A stretch of 64,000 bases of DNA from Octopus vulgaris (taxonomy: Eukaryota), in the NCBI GenBank assembly GCA_951406725.2, contig OX597823.1, positions 53,692,001-53,756,000 on the forward strand, in the 5' to 3' direction. The position numbers and the translations under genes are program-made. The notes under the pieces are model-generated. The model made no database searches, was not told the DNA's origin, and saw only the letters and a list, made by a program, of their open reading frames with translations. Positions 31,255-43,146 of the stretch are shown in pieces; positions within the stretch are counted from its first letter, which is position 1; each line of letters begins with the position of its first letter.

Positions 31255-31327
31255 TCATAAGGGCCGGACTAGTGCGTGACCTAGCCTGGTAACCAGGTTA
31301 GGTCACACACTAGTCTGATCCTTATGA
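31255..31327. repeat. 73-bp near-perfect palindrome (36-bp arms, 1-nt centre)
   Basis: TCATAAGGGCCGGACTAGTGCGTGACCTAGCCTGGT versus the reverse-complemented right arm TCATAAGGATCAGACTAGTGTGTGACCTAACCTGGT: 5 transitions. Confidence 0.9.
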
Positions 31328-31501
31328 TCAATCGAGAGGTAGCAGAAAATATTTATTTTATCGATCCAAGAGTAGGAAGGAAGAGGAAAGTCGACTTCAG
31401 TGAGATTTTGAACTCAGGACGTATAGCGGAGAAACTAAAATTCTGTTCAATATCTTGTCCTGAGCTCAACGATGTTGGTTAATTTATCTCCGTTTCTCAT
31501 C

Positions 31502-32231
31502 CTCGGCGGAATTTGAACTCAGAACGTAGCGGCAGACGAAATACATATCTCTTTACCTTTCTACTAACAGGCACAAGGCCTGAAATTTTTAAAGTAGGGG
31601 CTATTCGATTACATCGATCCCCAGTGCTCAACTGATACTTATTTTATTGACTCCAGAATGATGAAAGATAAAGTCGACTCCAACAGAATTTGAACTCAGA
31701 ACGTAAATGCCACTAAATATTTTTCCCAACGTGCTAAGCATTCAGCCAGCTTGCCGCCTTAATAATTTTTTTTCAAACATAGGCGTAAGGCTTGAAATTT
31801 TGATTACAGAACGTAGCGGCAGACGAAATACCTATTTCTTTCCTACCCACAAGGGGCTAAACACAGAGAGGACAAACAAGGACAGACAAATGGATTAAGT
31901 CGATTATATCGACCCTAATGCGTAACTGGTACTTATTTAATCGACCCTGAAAGGATGAAAAGCAAAGTCAACCTCGGCGGAATTTGAACTCAGAACGTAG
32001 CGGCAGACGAAATACCTATTTCTTTACTACCCACAAGGGGCTAAACATAGAGAGGACAAACAAGGACAGACAAAGAGATTAAGTCGATTATATCGACCCC
32101 AGTGCGTAACTGGTACTTATTTAATCAACCCCGAAAAGTCGGCCTCGGCGGAATTTGAACTCAGAACATGACAGACGAAATACTGCTAAGCATCTCGCCC
32201 GGCGTGCTAACGATTCTGCCAGCTCGCCGGC

Positions 32232-32232
<1 letters not shown>
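31502..32232 (-). mobile_element. Tandem multimer of SINE-A (one head plus repeated headless units)
   Basis: Junction cagacgaaatacctatttcttt.ctacccacaagggg recurs at about 31820 and 32005. Confidence 0.8.
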
Positions 32233-32271
<39 letters not shown>

Positions 32272-32609
32272 CACACACACTCGCACACACACACACTCAC
32301 ACACGCACACACACATGCACAGAATGCTAGTGACCGGTTAGTTTGGAAAGAATCCAATGGTGTACTTCGGTACATTGGTTTGAAGCATCAACGCGTAAAC
32401 TTTAAATAATAGGATAATTATGGACAATATACCGTAGTATAGGAGGGAGAATTGACTAACTTTATGCTTTTTCAACTTTACTACTGTGCTGTAAATATTC
32501 AATATAAGTTATGTTGATTTTGTTTGCTTTTCTTTTTGTTATTTGTTTTCGCAAATACTGCTTAGCTCTTTTATATACCGTGTACCTAACTTTCGGTTCA
32601 ATAATCATA

Positions 32610-33050
32610 TCCATCCATCCATCCCTCTTTTACGCCCAATATTCTTGGCAGGACCGTGGGGGAAGAGTCCTCAGTCACCTCTTCTATAGAGACCTATCAA
32701 AAGCAACCACCATTAAACTTACCGATGCATTTCCAAGCGGGACTAACTGAAACTATGGATATTATCCATCCATTTCGTTCTTGGTCTGCCTCTAGGTCTT
32801 CCACCGTCTTAAGATTTTTTTTCCTACGACATTCTCATGACATGCCTGTAGTACCAGAACTATGAGCCCTCAATGCCGAGGAACAATGGCTCGACCTGGG
32901 AAAGACTCACTGACCTCCGAGCCACGCATCCCGTCGAATAGCGTTATTCCAGAGATCCTTCTGAGTAACCCCATTTCGGCCGCTCGTATTTACGTTCGTA
33001 CTCTTTCAGTCTTTAGCGAACTTTCATGATTGTTGACGAGAATAACCACG
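32610..33050 (-). mobile_element. RTE-clade LINE 3' fragment (Rex3/Expander-like)
   Basis: Degenerate translation IRAAEMGLLRRISG...HVMRM...GRPRGRPRTKWMDNI; (GGAT)n tail. Confidence 0.75.
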
Positions 33051-33079
33051 AAAACCGATTTTATACATAATTTTTTAAA

Positions 33080-33294
33080 TATCTGTAAATGTAATATGTG
33101 ACAATTATTCGGTAGCCATGATAAAACTCCGAGTTTCGGATGCCGAGGTTATAAATTTCAGTTATAAATTTCATAGCATTTTTCCGATGGCCGGATAACT
33201 GAAGAGATAGCAGCGTGGTTTTCCACCTCGGCATCCGAAACTCGGGGTTTTATCATGGCTACCGAATAATTATCAGATATTACATTTACAGATA
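33080..33294. repeat. Inverted repeat, 70-bp arms (33080-33149 / 33225-33294)
   Basis: tatctgtaaatgtaatat...gtttcggatgccgaggt versus acctcggcatccgaaac...atattacatttacagata; few mismatches. Confidence 0.9.
33188..33261 (+). ncRNA. Type I hammerhead ribozyme motif (Penelope-like element type)
   Basis: Stem I GATAA/TTATC (extended by TGGCC/GGCTA); core CTGAAGA 33199-33205; stem II G...C containing a GTGG-TTTT-CCAC hairpin; GAAA 33237-33240; short stem III; cleavage triplet GTT 33247-33249. Confidence 0.6.
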
Positions 33295-33722
33295 AATTCC
33301 TCTATTTACATAATATCGAGGTCTCTTTCTTTCTTTTGTTGTCTTAACATTTTTATCAATAATTTTTAATATATATATATATATATATATAAGCAATTGT
33401 ATCGTGGAATGGTTATTTTAGCTTTCTGGAAAAGATACACAAGCTCTGTTTTAGATGGCTAAAATCATTTTTCCATGATATAAATGCCACCAGAAAGAAA
33501 ATACAATGATGATCAAGTATACTAGCCTTCTTTCGGTATATATTTGTTGTTTGGACAGAGTCAACATCAACTGACAATGTTGCAAAAACAACGAAAATTT
33601 TGGAATAAAAAATATAAGAAATGAATGGAAATCAAACCGGTGTGTGTGTTAGATAATAAGGCATTAAGACAATATGACTCTCCCCAGACACAACATAATT
33701 TGTTGTTATCGTTGATGTTTAA

Positions 33723-33940
33723 AAGGCGGCAAGCTAGCAGAATCGTTAACACCATGGGTTGAATACTTAGTGGCATTTCGTCCACCTTTACGCCATGGGT
33801 TCAAATGTAGCCGAAGTCGACTTCACCGTACGTCCTTTCGGGGTCGATAAAATAAGTAACAGTTGAACATTGGGGTCGATTTAATCGACTTAGCCCCCCT
33901 CCCTCGAATCTGCTGGCCTTGTGCCAAAATTTAAAACCAT
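33723..33940 (+). mobile_element. SINE-A copy (ccccctcc...ggccttgtgcc tail type), CpGs largely retained
   Basis: Head, core and tail motifs of family A. Confidence 0.8.
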
Positions 33941-34115
33941 TATTGTTGTTGTTGTTGTTTAAAAAAGACATTCCAACCATAACCACACCGTCTTTTATTA
34001 GGACAGTACATTTAAGATGGTAAACTGTGATTTGAGCTACAAATCTAGAAACTCTTACAATTGCTCTTCGTTTGAATTCGTATTTATATATACATGTGTG
34101 TGGGGGGGTGTATGA

Positions 34116-34183
<68 letters not shown>

Positions 34184-34429
34184 ACTAATACGCATGTTTG
34201 TGTATGTCCTTTTGTGTGTGTATGTGCATATAGCGGTGTTTGGATTATCGATTCCGCGAATACCTACACAGTGTTCTCCACCGCATTCTGGGCCAGCCCT
34301 TGAGAATCATTCGGGCCACATCATTAGCCACATCTCGCTCAATCTGTCTTCCACGAGACTCTTTCTTCTCTTCCTAACCTTATTACACCTGAATTTATCG
34401 TGGTTTTCTTAAGTATTTTTTACGTATGT

Positions 34430-34673
34430 ATCTTTTATCTTTTATTTGTTTCACTCATTAGACTGCGGCCATGCTGGGGTACCGCATTGACGAATTTTAG
34501 TCGAACGAATCGACTCCAGTGCTTATTGTTAATTTTTTAAAGCCTGACACATATTCTATCAATTTCTTTTCTTAATATTAAGTTACGGGGACGTAAATAT
34601 AACAGCAACGGTTGTCCAACTGTAGTAGGGAACAAGCACAGACAGAAATACACACACACACAGAGACATATGC

Positions 34674-34735
<62 letters not shown>

Positions 34736-34876
34736 CGACGGGCTACTTTCAGTTTCCATCTACCAAGTCCACTCACAACTCTTTGGTCGGCCCGAGGCTT
34801 CAGTAGAAGACGTCTACCCAAGGTGTCACGCTGTAGAACTAAACCCGGAACCATATGGTAAGGAAACAGGCACGCC
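34430..34876 (-). mobile_element. SINE-B copy with internal (CA)n
   Basis: Reverse complement of family B motifs (gactgcggccatgctgg, taagttacggggacgtaaa, cccaaggtg.cacgc). Confidence 0.75.
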
Positions 34877-35122
34877 TGATTCTATGTACGTTTATTTTAC
34901 TGTATTAATCTTGACTTGTTTATCGCGTCTCTTTCCGTTAAAATCAATTTTATATATTCTTTACACAGAAGACGGGAGTTTTTTTTTTCTATTTTACAAA
35001 TTATATTGCATCGATTCCCGTTATATCTACAGAATATCTGTTAGTATGCATATTCATTTTTTGTATGTGTGTGTACGCATACATATGTGTGTGTGTCTAT
35101 TTATATTTATACACACAGAGAG

Positions 35123-35185
<63 letters not shown>

Positions 35186-35204
35186 GATAATAATAATAAT
35201 AAAG

Positions 35205-35287
<83 letters not shown>

Positions 35288-35312
35288 AATAATAATGATA
35301 ATAATAATAATA

Positions 35313-35344
<32 letters not shown>

Positions 35345-36190
35345 AATAATAATAATAATAATAATAATCTACATGCTATTTAAATGTCAGAGATATTTTC
35401 TAAATGTTGCCACTTCAATAACTACCTCCTGAACCACCGAGGCTCATACTACAATTGATTGAACAGATCAATACTTAACTTTTTACTAGAAACAATCATG
35501 CATTCTCTCTATTTCTTTTTTCACTCTTAACCTACTAATAGATATTCCTGTCCCAGTATATTTCATTAAAATACACTCTTTGACATTTTCAGCATTTCAT
35601 ATTTCCATGTTCGTTTCCTTATAGTTCAATACTTAACTATTGAACAGGAACATCCGCACCTTCCATTTCCTCTTCAGCTCTTTTATCCAATGCAGACACT
35701 CCTGTTCTCATTGTGAATAACAATACATTTTTATTACTGGGCATTTTCAACTCTTTACTTTTCCATTTTTATTTCCGATAATCTATTCATATTGTATACA
35801 TTGTTATGTCCTTCATCTTACGTATATTTCCTTTTTTCGCTGCCTTCTTTATTTCTAACTACCCAAGTGGTTTAACTCAGCCCTAGCATATTAATATAAG
35901 TTATGATTCTTACAACCTTTCTAACCAGCTAAAACTAAGCTATCACCAGACTACAATACTCAGCAGTTTGTTTTTTTTTAATATCAGTGACATATATGTT
36001 ATTAGCATGTACAATTCCTAGTAGCTGAGAGCTAGATAAGGTCAATATAGAAAACACATTAGTGGTCAAAAAAATTTGAGCTTAAACCCTGATATCTTCA
36101 TTCAGGACAAGGCGCACAGCATCAAAAGTGGCTACAAGAGAAACCCAAGGTGAGCTAATATGGAGATAGTGATGCAGATAAACACAGGCT

Positions 36191-36257
<67 letters not shown>

Positions 36258-36926
36258 TCAAATTTACAGAAAACAAAAGACGAAGACAAGTGTAAGAACT
36301 ACAAGCAAGTATATTGGTTTAACGCTCGGGAAAAATGGAAAAGTCTTTTATGTTTCGAGCCTACGCTCTTCGACAGAAATGATTAAAAGGGAAAAAATAA
36401 AGAGAGAATGAAAAAAGTGGAGAAAGAAAAAACTGTGTAGAGTTCAAAGGTCCAACATAACGAGATGAGGAAAAATAGGTTAAAGTAAGATAATGATAAA
36501 AACGGTAATGGTGACCCCCTCCCCAACGAACAAAGGTGAGTAAGCGTGCGTGTATGTGAGAATGGTGTGTGTGAGTCTAACGTGTGTGTATGTGTGTGCA
36601 TGTGTGTATTTTGTGTTGTGTGTAGCAGTTGATGTGTGCTTGTTCAGCTGGTGTGTGCACGTGTGTGTGTATGCACACTTAGATGGAGTACGAAAAAAAA
36701 AAACAGAATAAAAATAAAGAAAAAAAATATAAAAGAAATAATGTAATATCTTAACACGCCTTCTGTTTCAGGAAGCAAAGAGATACGCAATAATCATAAT
36801 TTGCAGATGATGTTTACAAAATGCCATGGCTATGCAAACAGTGACAAATTACATGAATATTTTTCTTTATTTTTATTGTGAATTTATTGTGCCCCATCTA
36901 AATATACACATATATACATACATACA

Positions 36927-37114
36927 TTCAGGTTTATACCTGTAATTATTGGGGCCCCGAGATATGTAACACAGTGCCTAAATACCAATCTTGAAAAATT
37001 AGGCTTCACAAAACCAGAAAGGAGAAAGCTAATTCGCTAATTCGAGGACTATAGATCCAAGCCATCACTGGAACTGTTAAAAATCTGTATAACTTACCAG
37101 AAGTTTATCATTTA
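36927..37114 (+). mobile_element. Extreme 3' end of an RLE-type LINE ORF
   Basis: FRFIPVIIGAPRYVTQCLNTNLEKLGF... resembles the IP(V/I)IIGALG C-terminal segment of the other two RLE elements; followed by a long (TACA)n. Confidence 0.55.
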
Positions 37115-37340
37115 AACATATATGAACATGTCTAGATATGAAACTATATGCATGAGAATACATACATAAAGCAAAACATACAAATCTGCACATACATACA
37201 TACATACATACATACATACATACATACATACATACATACATACATACATACATACATACATACATACATACATACATACATACATACATACATACATACA
37301 TACATACATACATACATACATACATACATACATACATACA

Positions 37341-37370
<30 letters not shown>

Positions 37371-37371
<1 letters not shown>

Positions 37372-37600
37372 TTCTTTATTACCCACAAGGGGCTAAATAC
37401 AGAGGAGACAAACTAGGACAGACATAGGTATTAAGTCGATTACATCGACTCCAGTGCGTAACTGGTACTTAATTTATCGACCCCGAAAGGATGAAAGGCA
37501 AAGTCGACCTCGGCGGAATTTGAACTCACAACGTAACGACAGACGAAATACGGCTACGCATTTCGCCCGGCGTGCTAACGTTTCTGCCAGCTCGCCGCCT
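37371..37600 (-). mobile_element. Young SINE-A, 70 nt downstream of an exon donor
   Basis: Full head-to-tail match to family A. Confidence 0.9.
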
Positions 37601-37670
37601 ATGGAAGGATTGTGCGAAAGTGAGGTAAAAAACGGGAGAGAGAGAGAGAAATAGAAAAAAAGATAATTAC

Positions 37671-37796
37671 TTTATAGACAGCAGCAGCAGAAGCCGATAC
37701 GACGGCCAGTACAACCCCCCACATATTGGAAGTGCCAAAACCATCAGCATAAGCGAATAGGACGATTCCTGTAATGGAGAATATGATAGCCAGTAT
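37671..37796 (-). CDS. SLC35F3: SLC35F3/F4-like transporter, 3rd exon found (ILAIIFSITGIVLFAYADGFGTSNMWGVVLAVVSASAAAVYK)
   Basis: ttacAG|ATA...AAA|GTaatt; 126 nt, phase 0-0; GIV...YADGF and VxSAS..A.YK motifs match SLC35F3/F4. Confidence 0.92.
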
Positions 37797-38240
37797 CTGT
37801 AATGACAAAACAAAAAAAAAGAGATAATTAATAAACAATGGGGAAAAAAGGAAAACATTTTGTTGTTGTTGTTGTTGTTGTTTAATTAGGCACATTATTG
37901 CATATTGGTGGGGTATGGCAAAAATATAGGCTTTACTTGTTTTGGTTATCATTGAACTGCAGAGTTGAAAAGAATCGGCCTCACTACTTATGTTTTATTC
38001 AAAGCCCGCAATCGGTCTCTTTTGCCAAACCGCTAAGTTACGAGGAGATAAACAAACCAATACTAGTTGTCAAACGTTGGTGAAAGACTAACACAAGCAC
38101 AAAATAACTACATGTGTGTGTGCACACGTGTATGCATGTAAACGACAGGCTTCTTTCAGTTTCCGTCATCCAAATCCGTCTATATATAGCAGCGTACGTA
38201 CACTTTGGTCTCATATATGTAAGTATATATTTATCTAAAT

Positions 38241-38473
38241 TAAGGCGGCGAGCTGGCAGAGACGTTAGCACGCCGGGCGAAGTGTTTCGCGGTATTTCGC
38301 CCGTCGCTACGTTCTGAGTTCAAATTCCGCCGAGGTCGACTTTGCCTTTCATCCTTTCGGGGTTGATAAATTAAGTACCAGTTACGCACTGGGCTCAATG
38401 TGATCGACTTAATCCGTTTGTCTGTCTTTGTTTGTCCCCTCTATGTTTAGCCCCTTGTGAGTAATAAAGAAAC
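38241..38473 (+). mobile_element. Young full-length SINE-A with 16-bp TSD
   Basis: TSD ATATATTTATCTAAAT at 38225-38240 and 38474-38489. Confidence 0.92.
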
Positions 38474-39246
38474 ATATATTTATCTAAATCTTGTACGACT
38501 TTATTCTTTCTTTCTTTCTTTCTTTCTTTCTATCAGCCCTTTCACGTTTACTTCGTTCATTCCACTCTTCGTTCTTTCGTTCCCCCTCTCTCACATTTCC
38601 CTACCTTCTCTTCATGCTCACTTTCCCTCCTCTTTTCACTTCACTGCATCCCTGTTATTTTTTGTCGGCCCTCCTTCTTTCTTCTGTACCTCTGCCTCTA
38701 CCTCTCTCTCTCTTCTCTCCCCACGTGACCGGTGTTCGGCCAAGCCTGACCTTTCTTTCTTGGTTCGGCCGCTGTCCGTGCAACATCTATATTCTTCCCT
38801 GTGCCTGTGAAATCTTGTATCCCAGCCGTAAGGCTTTACTTCCACACACGCCAGCTTAATTTAATTCGTCCTTAGCCGAAAGACACCTGTTGTTATGTCC
38901 TATTATTTGTATTTGTGTAACCTTCTCCGTTTTTTTTCCGTCCTTGTTTTCGTATATATTCGCTGCTTTCTTCCAAGGAATCTAATACTCTTACCTTAGT
39001 TTTTCTTAAGGAGCAATCTCGAGTATAACCAGCCGAAATTGCAATGATAATCTGGAACTCAACTAAGGAGAGAAAGCTCCAAATGACCCGTCCTTGTTTT
39101 CTTTGTACCGTCTATCTGGATGTTTTGCGTTCTTGTCCCATCTTCTTTCCTGAGCGTCAATAATACTTTAATTGTTCCACGTCCTGCGTTGCTGTGTGTT
39201 TTTTTCTCATTTTTTCTCTTTTTTTTCTGTGTTTTCTTGTTTGGAT

Positions 39247-39296
<50 letters not shown>

Positions 39297-39307
39297 TAGA
39301 TAGATAT

Positions 39308-39354
<47 letters not shown>

Positions 39355-39380
39355 TAGATATATAGATATATATATATATA

Positions 39381-39538
39381 TATATGGGTACAAGACATCA
39401 CCAACGGTGGAAATAACATGAAATACGTAAACAACGAGAAAAATACAAAACATGTGTTACTTGTCCTGTTTTCTTTTTTTTTCATTGTTTACGTATTTCA
39501 TGTTATTTGCACCGTTGGTGACGTCCTGTACCCATATA
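39381..39538. mobile_element. Fold-back MITE-like element (about 60-bp arms) inside TA repeats
   Basis: atgggtacaagacatcaccaacggtggaaataacatgaaatacgtaaacaa versus ttgtttacgtatttcatgttatttgcaccgttggtgacgtcctgtacccat. Confidence 0.75.
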
Positions 39539-39542
39539 TGGA

Positions 39543-39637
<95 letters not shown>

Positions 39638-39820
39638 TAATCGAACGCGACACATCCATTTCCAAGTAAGTATATATAATTAAAGGTTAAATGCCTTATT
39701 AAGGGATAATAAAATCCAATGAATATAGTGGTTCGTTACCTATTACAATAAGTATTAAATATTATATAATATTCAACAGTAAGGTCATTAGATAAAGAGG
39801 GGTTTATATGTATTTAAGAA

Positions 39821-40129
39821 AATAAGAAAATAGAGATAATTAATAATTATTTATTAATTACAAAATTGGACATCATCTCTGTCAGCTGTTTCGATTCAAA
39901 ACCTTTAGAAATTAATTAGTATAATTAAAAAACCTTTATAAAGATGAATCTCATCGGGGGTGGAAAAAGATATACCATTACATTTTCATATTATTTTGTG
40001 TTGAGTATACGGAGCAAATCCGCTAACTCAACTAATTAATTTCTAAAGGTTTTAAATTGTAACAGCTGTCAGAGATGATGTCCAATTTTCTAATTAATAA
40101 ATAATTATCAATTATCTCTATTTTCTTAT

Positions 40130-40130
<1 letters not shown>
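39821..40130. repeat. Inverted repeat with about 100-bp arms, containing a degenerate hammerhead-like motif
   Basis: Arms at about 39821-39919 and 40032-40130; minus strand CCGATGA-GATTC...GAATC-GAAA-CAGCTGAC. Confidence 0.8.
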
Positions 40131-40166
<36 letters not shown>

Positions 40167-40333
40167 TTATGCCCTTGTCTGACGAGATGGACATGGTTCA
40201 CATCTAATATTGTGTACTATTATACAATCATATTCATAATGTGCCTGAATTATGTATTGTTGAAACGATCCCGATAAAGGAAAACATGTAATAATATCCC
40301 TATTTTGGACTTACTATATACATACACACACAG

Positions 40334-40383
<50 letters not shown>

Positions 40384-40473
40384 GCGCGCGTATGTTTACT
40401 TCAATAAGATTCGAGTAAAAATGCTGTACAAAGCTCGTCCATGGATGATTACACGATATCTCAGCAATGTACT

Positions 40474-40547
<74 letters not shown>

Positions 40548-40559
40548 TGTGTGTATATG

Positions 40560-40705
<146 letters not shown>

Positions 40706-41306
40706 GCATCTAAATTAAATTAAATTATATTGCCGTTATAAAGAGTAGTAATCTGGTGTTTTTGTCTGGACTCTACGTCACAAAAATATTCTATTTAAGT
40801 TATTAGCTTTCTCTTCTTAGAGGTGACATATTTTATTCCACTTTACGGCTCATTATACTTTATGTTTACCGTTCCTCACTTTGACTTACCTATACCGGTT
40901 TCCTAGGGTTCTATTGTTTCGTCTGTTTATATAAGAGCTAATATTTAGAATATATCAGGCGGCAATTAGTGTCCCGAGAACGATTACTCATAATGCTTAT
41001 GAATTGATAAATTGATTCAGAATAAAGTGAGAATTACATTATTCATAAAGCTTTAGCGAAATCATATATTCTATGGTGTGTTATGTCAATATCAATGTAT
41101 ATGCGTGCGTGTGTGTGTGTGCGTGTGCGCGTACATATGCAGTGGAAAGGAAACAACTCTATTGTAAAACCTCTGTCAATGCATTATGCTTAGTGCATGT
41201 GTGTTTAGTTGGAACGCCAAAAACTGCGATTTTATCCAAAAATAACATTTCTTTATACACGTATTGTGTTAAAAAGAAAACAGAATGTATTTCAAAGCTA
41301 AACTGT

Positions 41307-41642
41307 CATTCCATCAGTTACAACGATGACTGTTCCAGTTGATCCGATCAACAGAACAGCCGCCAGCTCGTGAAAGTAACGTGAAAGCAACCTTGAGCAC
41401 GCCACAGATACGCGTTCCCTTAACGTAGTTCTCAGGGAGATTCAGCGAGATACAGAACTTGACATGCCTGGCCCTTTGAAATAACAGTTCTGTTCATTTT
41501 TACCAGCTGAGGGGACTGGAGCAACGTGACATAAAGAATCTTCCTCAAGAAAACAATTTGCCATCAGGTGAAATAAAGGGTTCTGCTCAAACACAGCGCT
41601 GATCGTGAACTGAACATCCTCTAACCACTAAACCATGCGCCG
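41307..41642 (-). mobile_element. SINE family D copy
   Basis: Homologous to 30538-30853. Confidence 0.75.
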
Positions 41643-42159
41643 TTACACACTTTACGACGAGATCAAGCTCTGCAAATCTACTGGCGTACAGATGTCTCTA
41701 CTGGTCTCTACTGAAAGTTCTCTGGTGGCGGGAAACTGGCAACATGTTGGAAGCTCACGGTTGCAAGACAGCTGGACTGAATAGAGGTTTGAGAGGTCAT
41801 GGACGGGAAGTCAGATAAGCCATTGACAACTAGGAAGCTCAAGGAGACGGCATTCATCTGTGAAGATGGAGCAATCTTCATGTATGTATATATGAATGTA
41901 TGCATGTATGCATGTGTGTATGTATGTATGCATGGATATATGTATGTATCTATCTGTCTGTCTGTACGTATCACTGGTGACCGCTGGTTCTTAAATCAGC
42001 GCAAGCCATATAATTGAAGTAGGATACATATAACATGTCTTTCCAGCTGACTCTCATAAAAACAAGGAATTTATATTAAAATCGTACTTGATATTTGCGT
42101 ACATGTATATATAAAAGGTACACGTTACATGCTCTGAATCCATGCGGGAAACACCACTG

Positions 42160-42915
42160 GGATGGACTGACGGATGGATGGACGGACGGACGGACGGACG
42201 GACGGACGGATGGATGGATGGATGGACGGATGGACAGACAGTAAAAGCAGGCAGGCAGGTAGACAGACAATCAGACGGGCGGACGGACTGACAGACGGGT
42301 GGTTGGCTGGCTAACTGGCTGGTTGGATGGATAGATTGATTGAGTGGCAGATAGATGAATGGTGGATGGATGGTTGGATAGATTGATCAGTGGATGGATG
42401 GATGGATGGATGGATGGATGGACGGACGGACGGACGGACGGACGGACGGACGGACGGACGGATGGATGGATGGACGGACGGACGGACGGACGGATGGATG
42501 GATGGATGGACGGACGGAGGGACAGATGGACAGACAGTAAAAGCAGGCAGGCAGGCAGACAGACAATCAGACGGGCGGACGGACTGACAGACGGGTGGTT
42601 GGATGGATAGATTGATTGAGTGGCAGATAGATGAATGGTGGATGGATGGTTGGATAGATTGATCAGTGGATGGATGGATGGATGGATGGATGGATGGATG
42701 GTTGGATGAATGGTTGGATAGATTGATCAGTGGATGGATGGATGGATGGATGGATGGTTGGATGAATGGTTGGATAGATTGATCAGTGGATGGATGGATG
42801 GTTGGATGAATGGTTGGATAGATTGATCAGTGGATGGATGGATGGTTGGATGAATGGTTGGATAGATTGATCAGTGGATGGATGGATAGATGGATGGATG
42901 GATGGATGGATGGAT
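42160..42915. repeat. Compound (GGAT)/(GGAC) satellite with higher-order duplications
   Basis: Block gacagacagtaaaagcaggcaggcag...gacgggtggttgg duplicated at about 42232 and 42529; repeated unit ttggatgaatggttggatagattgatcagtggatgg. Confidence 0.9.
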
Positions 42916-42929
42916 TTATAAATTCTTAC

Positions 42930-43146
42930 TCTTATAGCGATGAATTTTTCGAATAATATAATCCATGACAACATGTAGACAAAACTCTGATTGGTTGAGT
43001 AGAGCGCTATGACGTCCACCGAATCGAGAAGCTGAAGCGCCCGAATGTAGCTGTAGTTACTGATTGCCCAAATAAAACAAAAGGCACATGTCCTCACTGA
43101 AAAACGTACCAGCTTCGTTTCTTCCTTGTAAATCTTGAAGTTTTCA
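42930..43146 (-). CDS. SLC35F3: SLC35F3/F4-like transporter, 2nd exon found (ENFKIY...[16 protein letters not shown]...[18 protein letters not shown])
   Basis: tgtttcAG|T GAA...AGA|GTaaga; 217 nt, phase 2 to 0; W...NY.Y..A and FV..LSWI.L...F...R family motifs. Confidence 0.92.

Noticed and set aside
34260-34400. Possible SLC35F exon (AG...GT bounded on the minus strand)
   Set aside because: Stops in all three frames after the acceptor and no family similarity; more like a decayed LINE 3' end.
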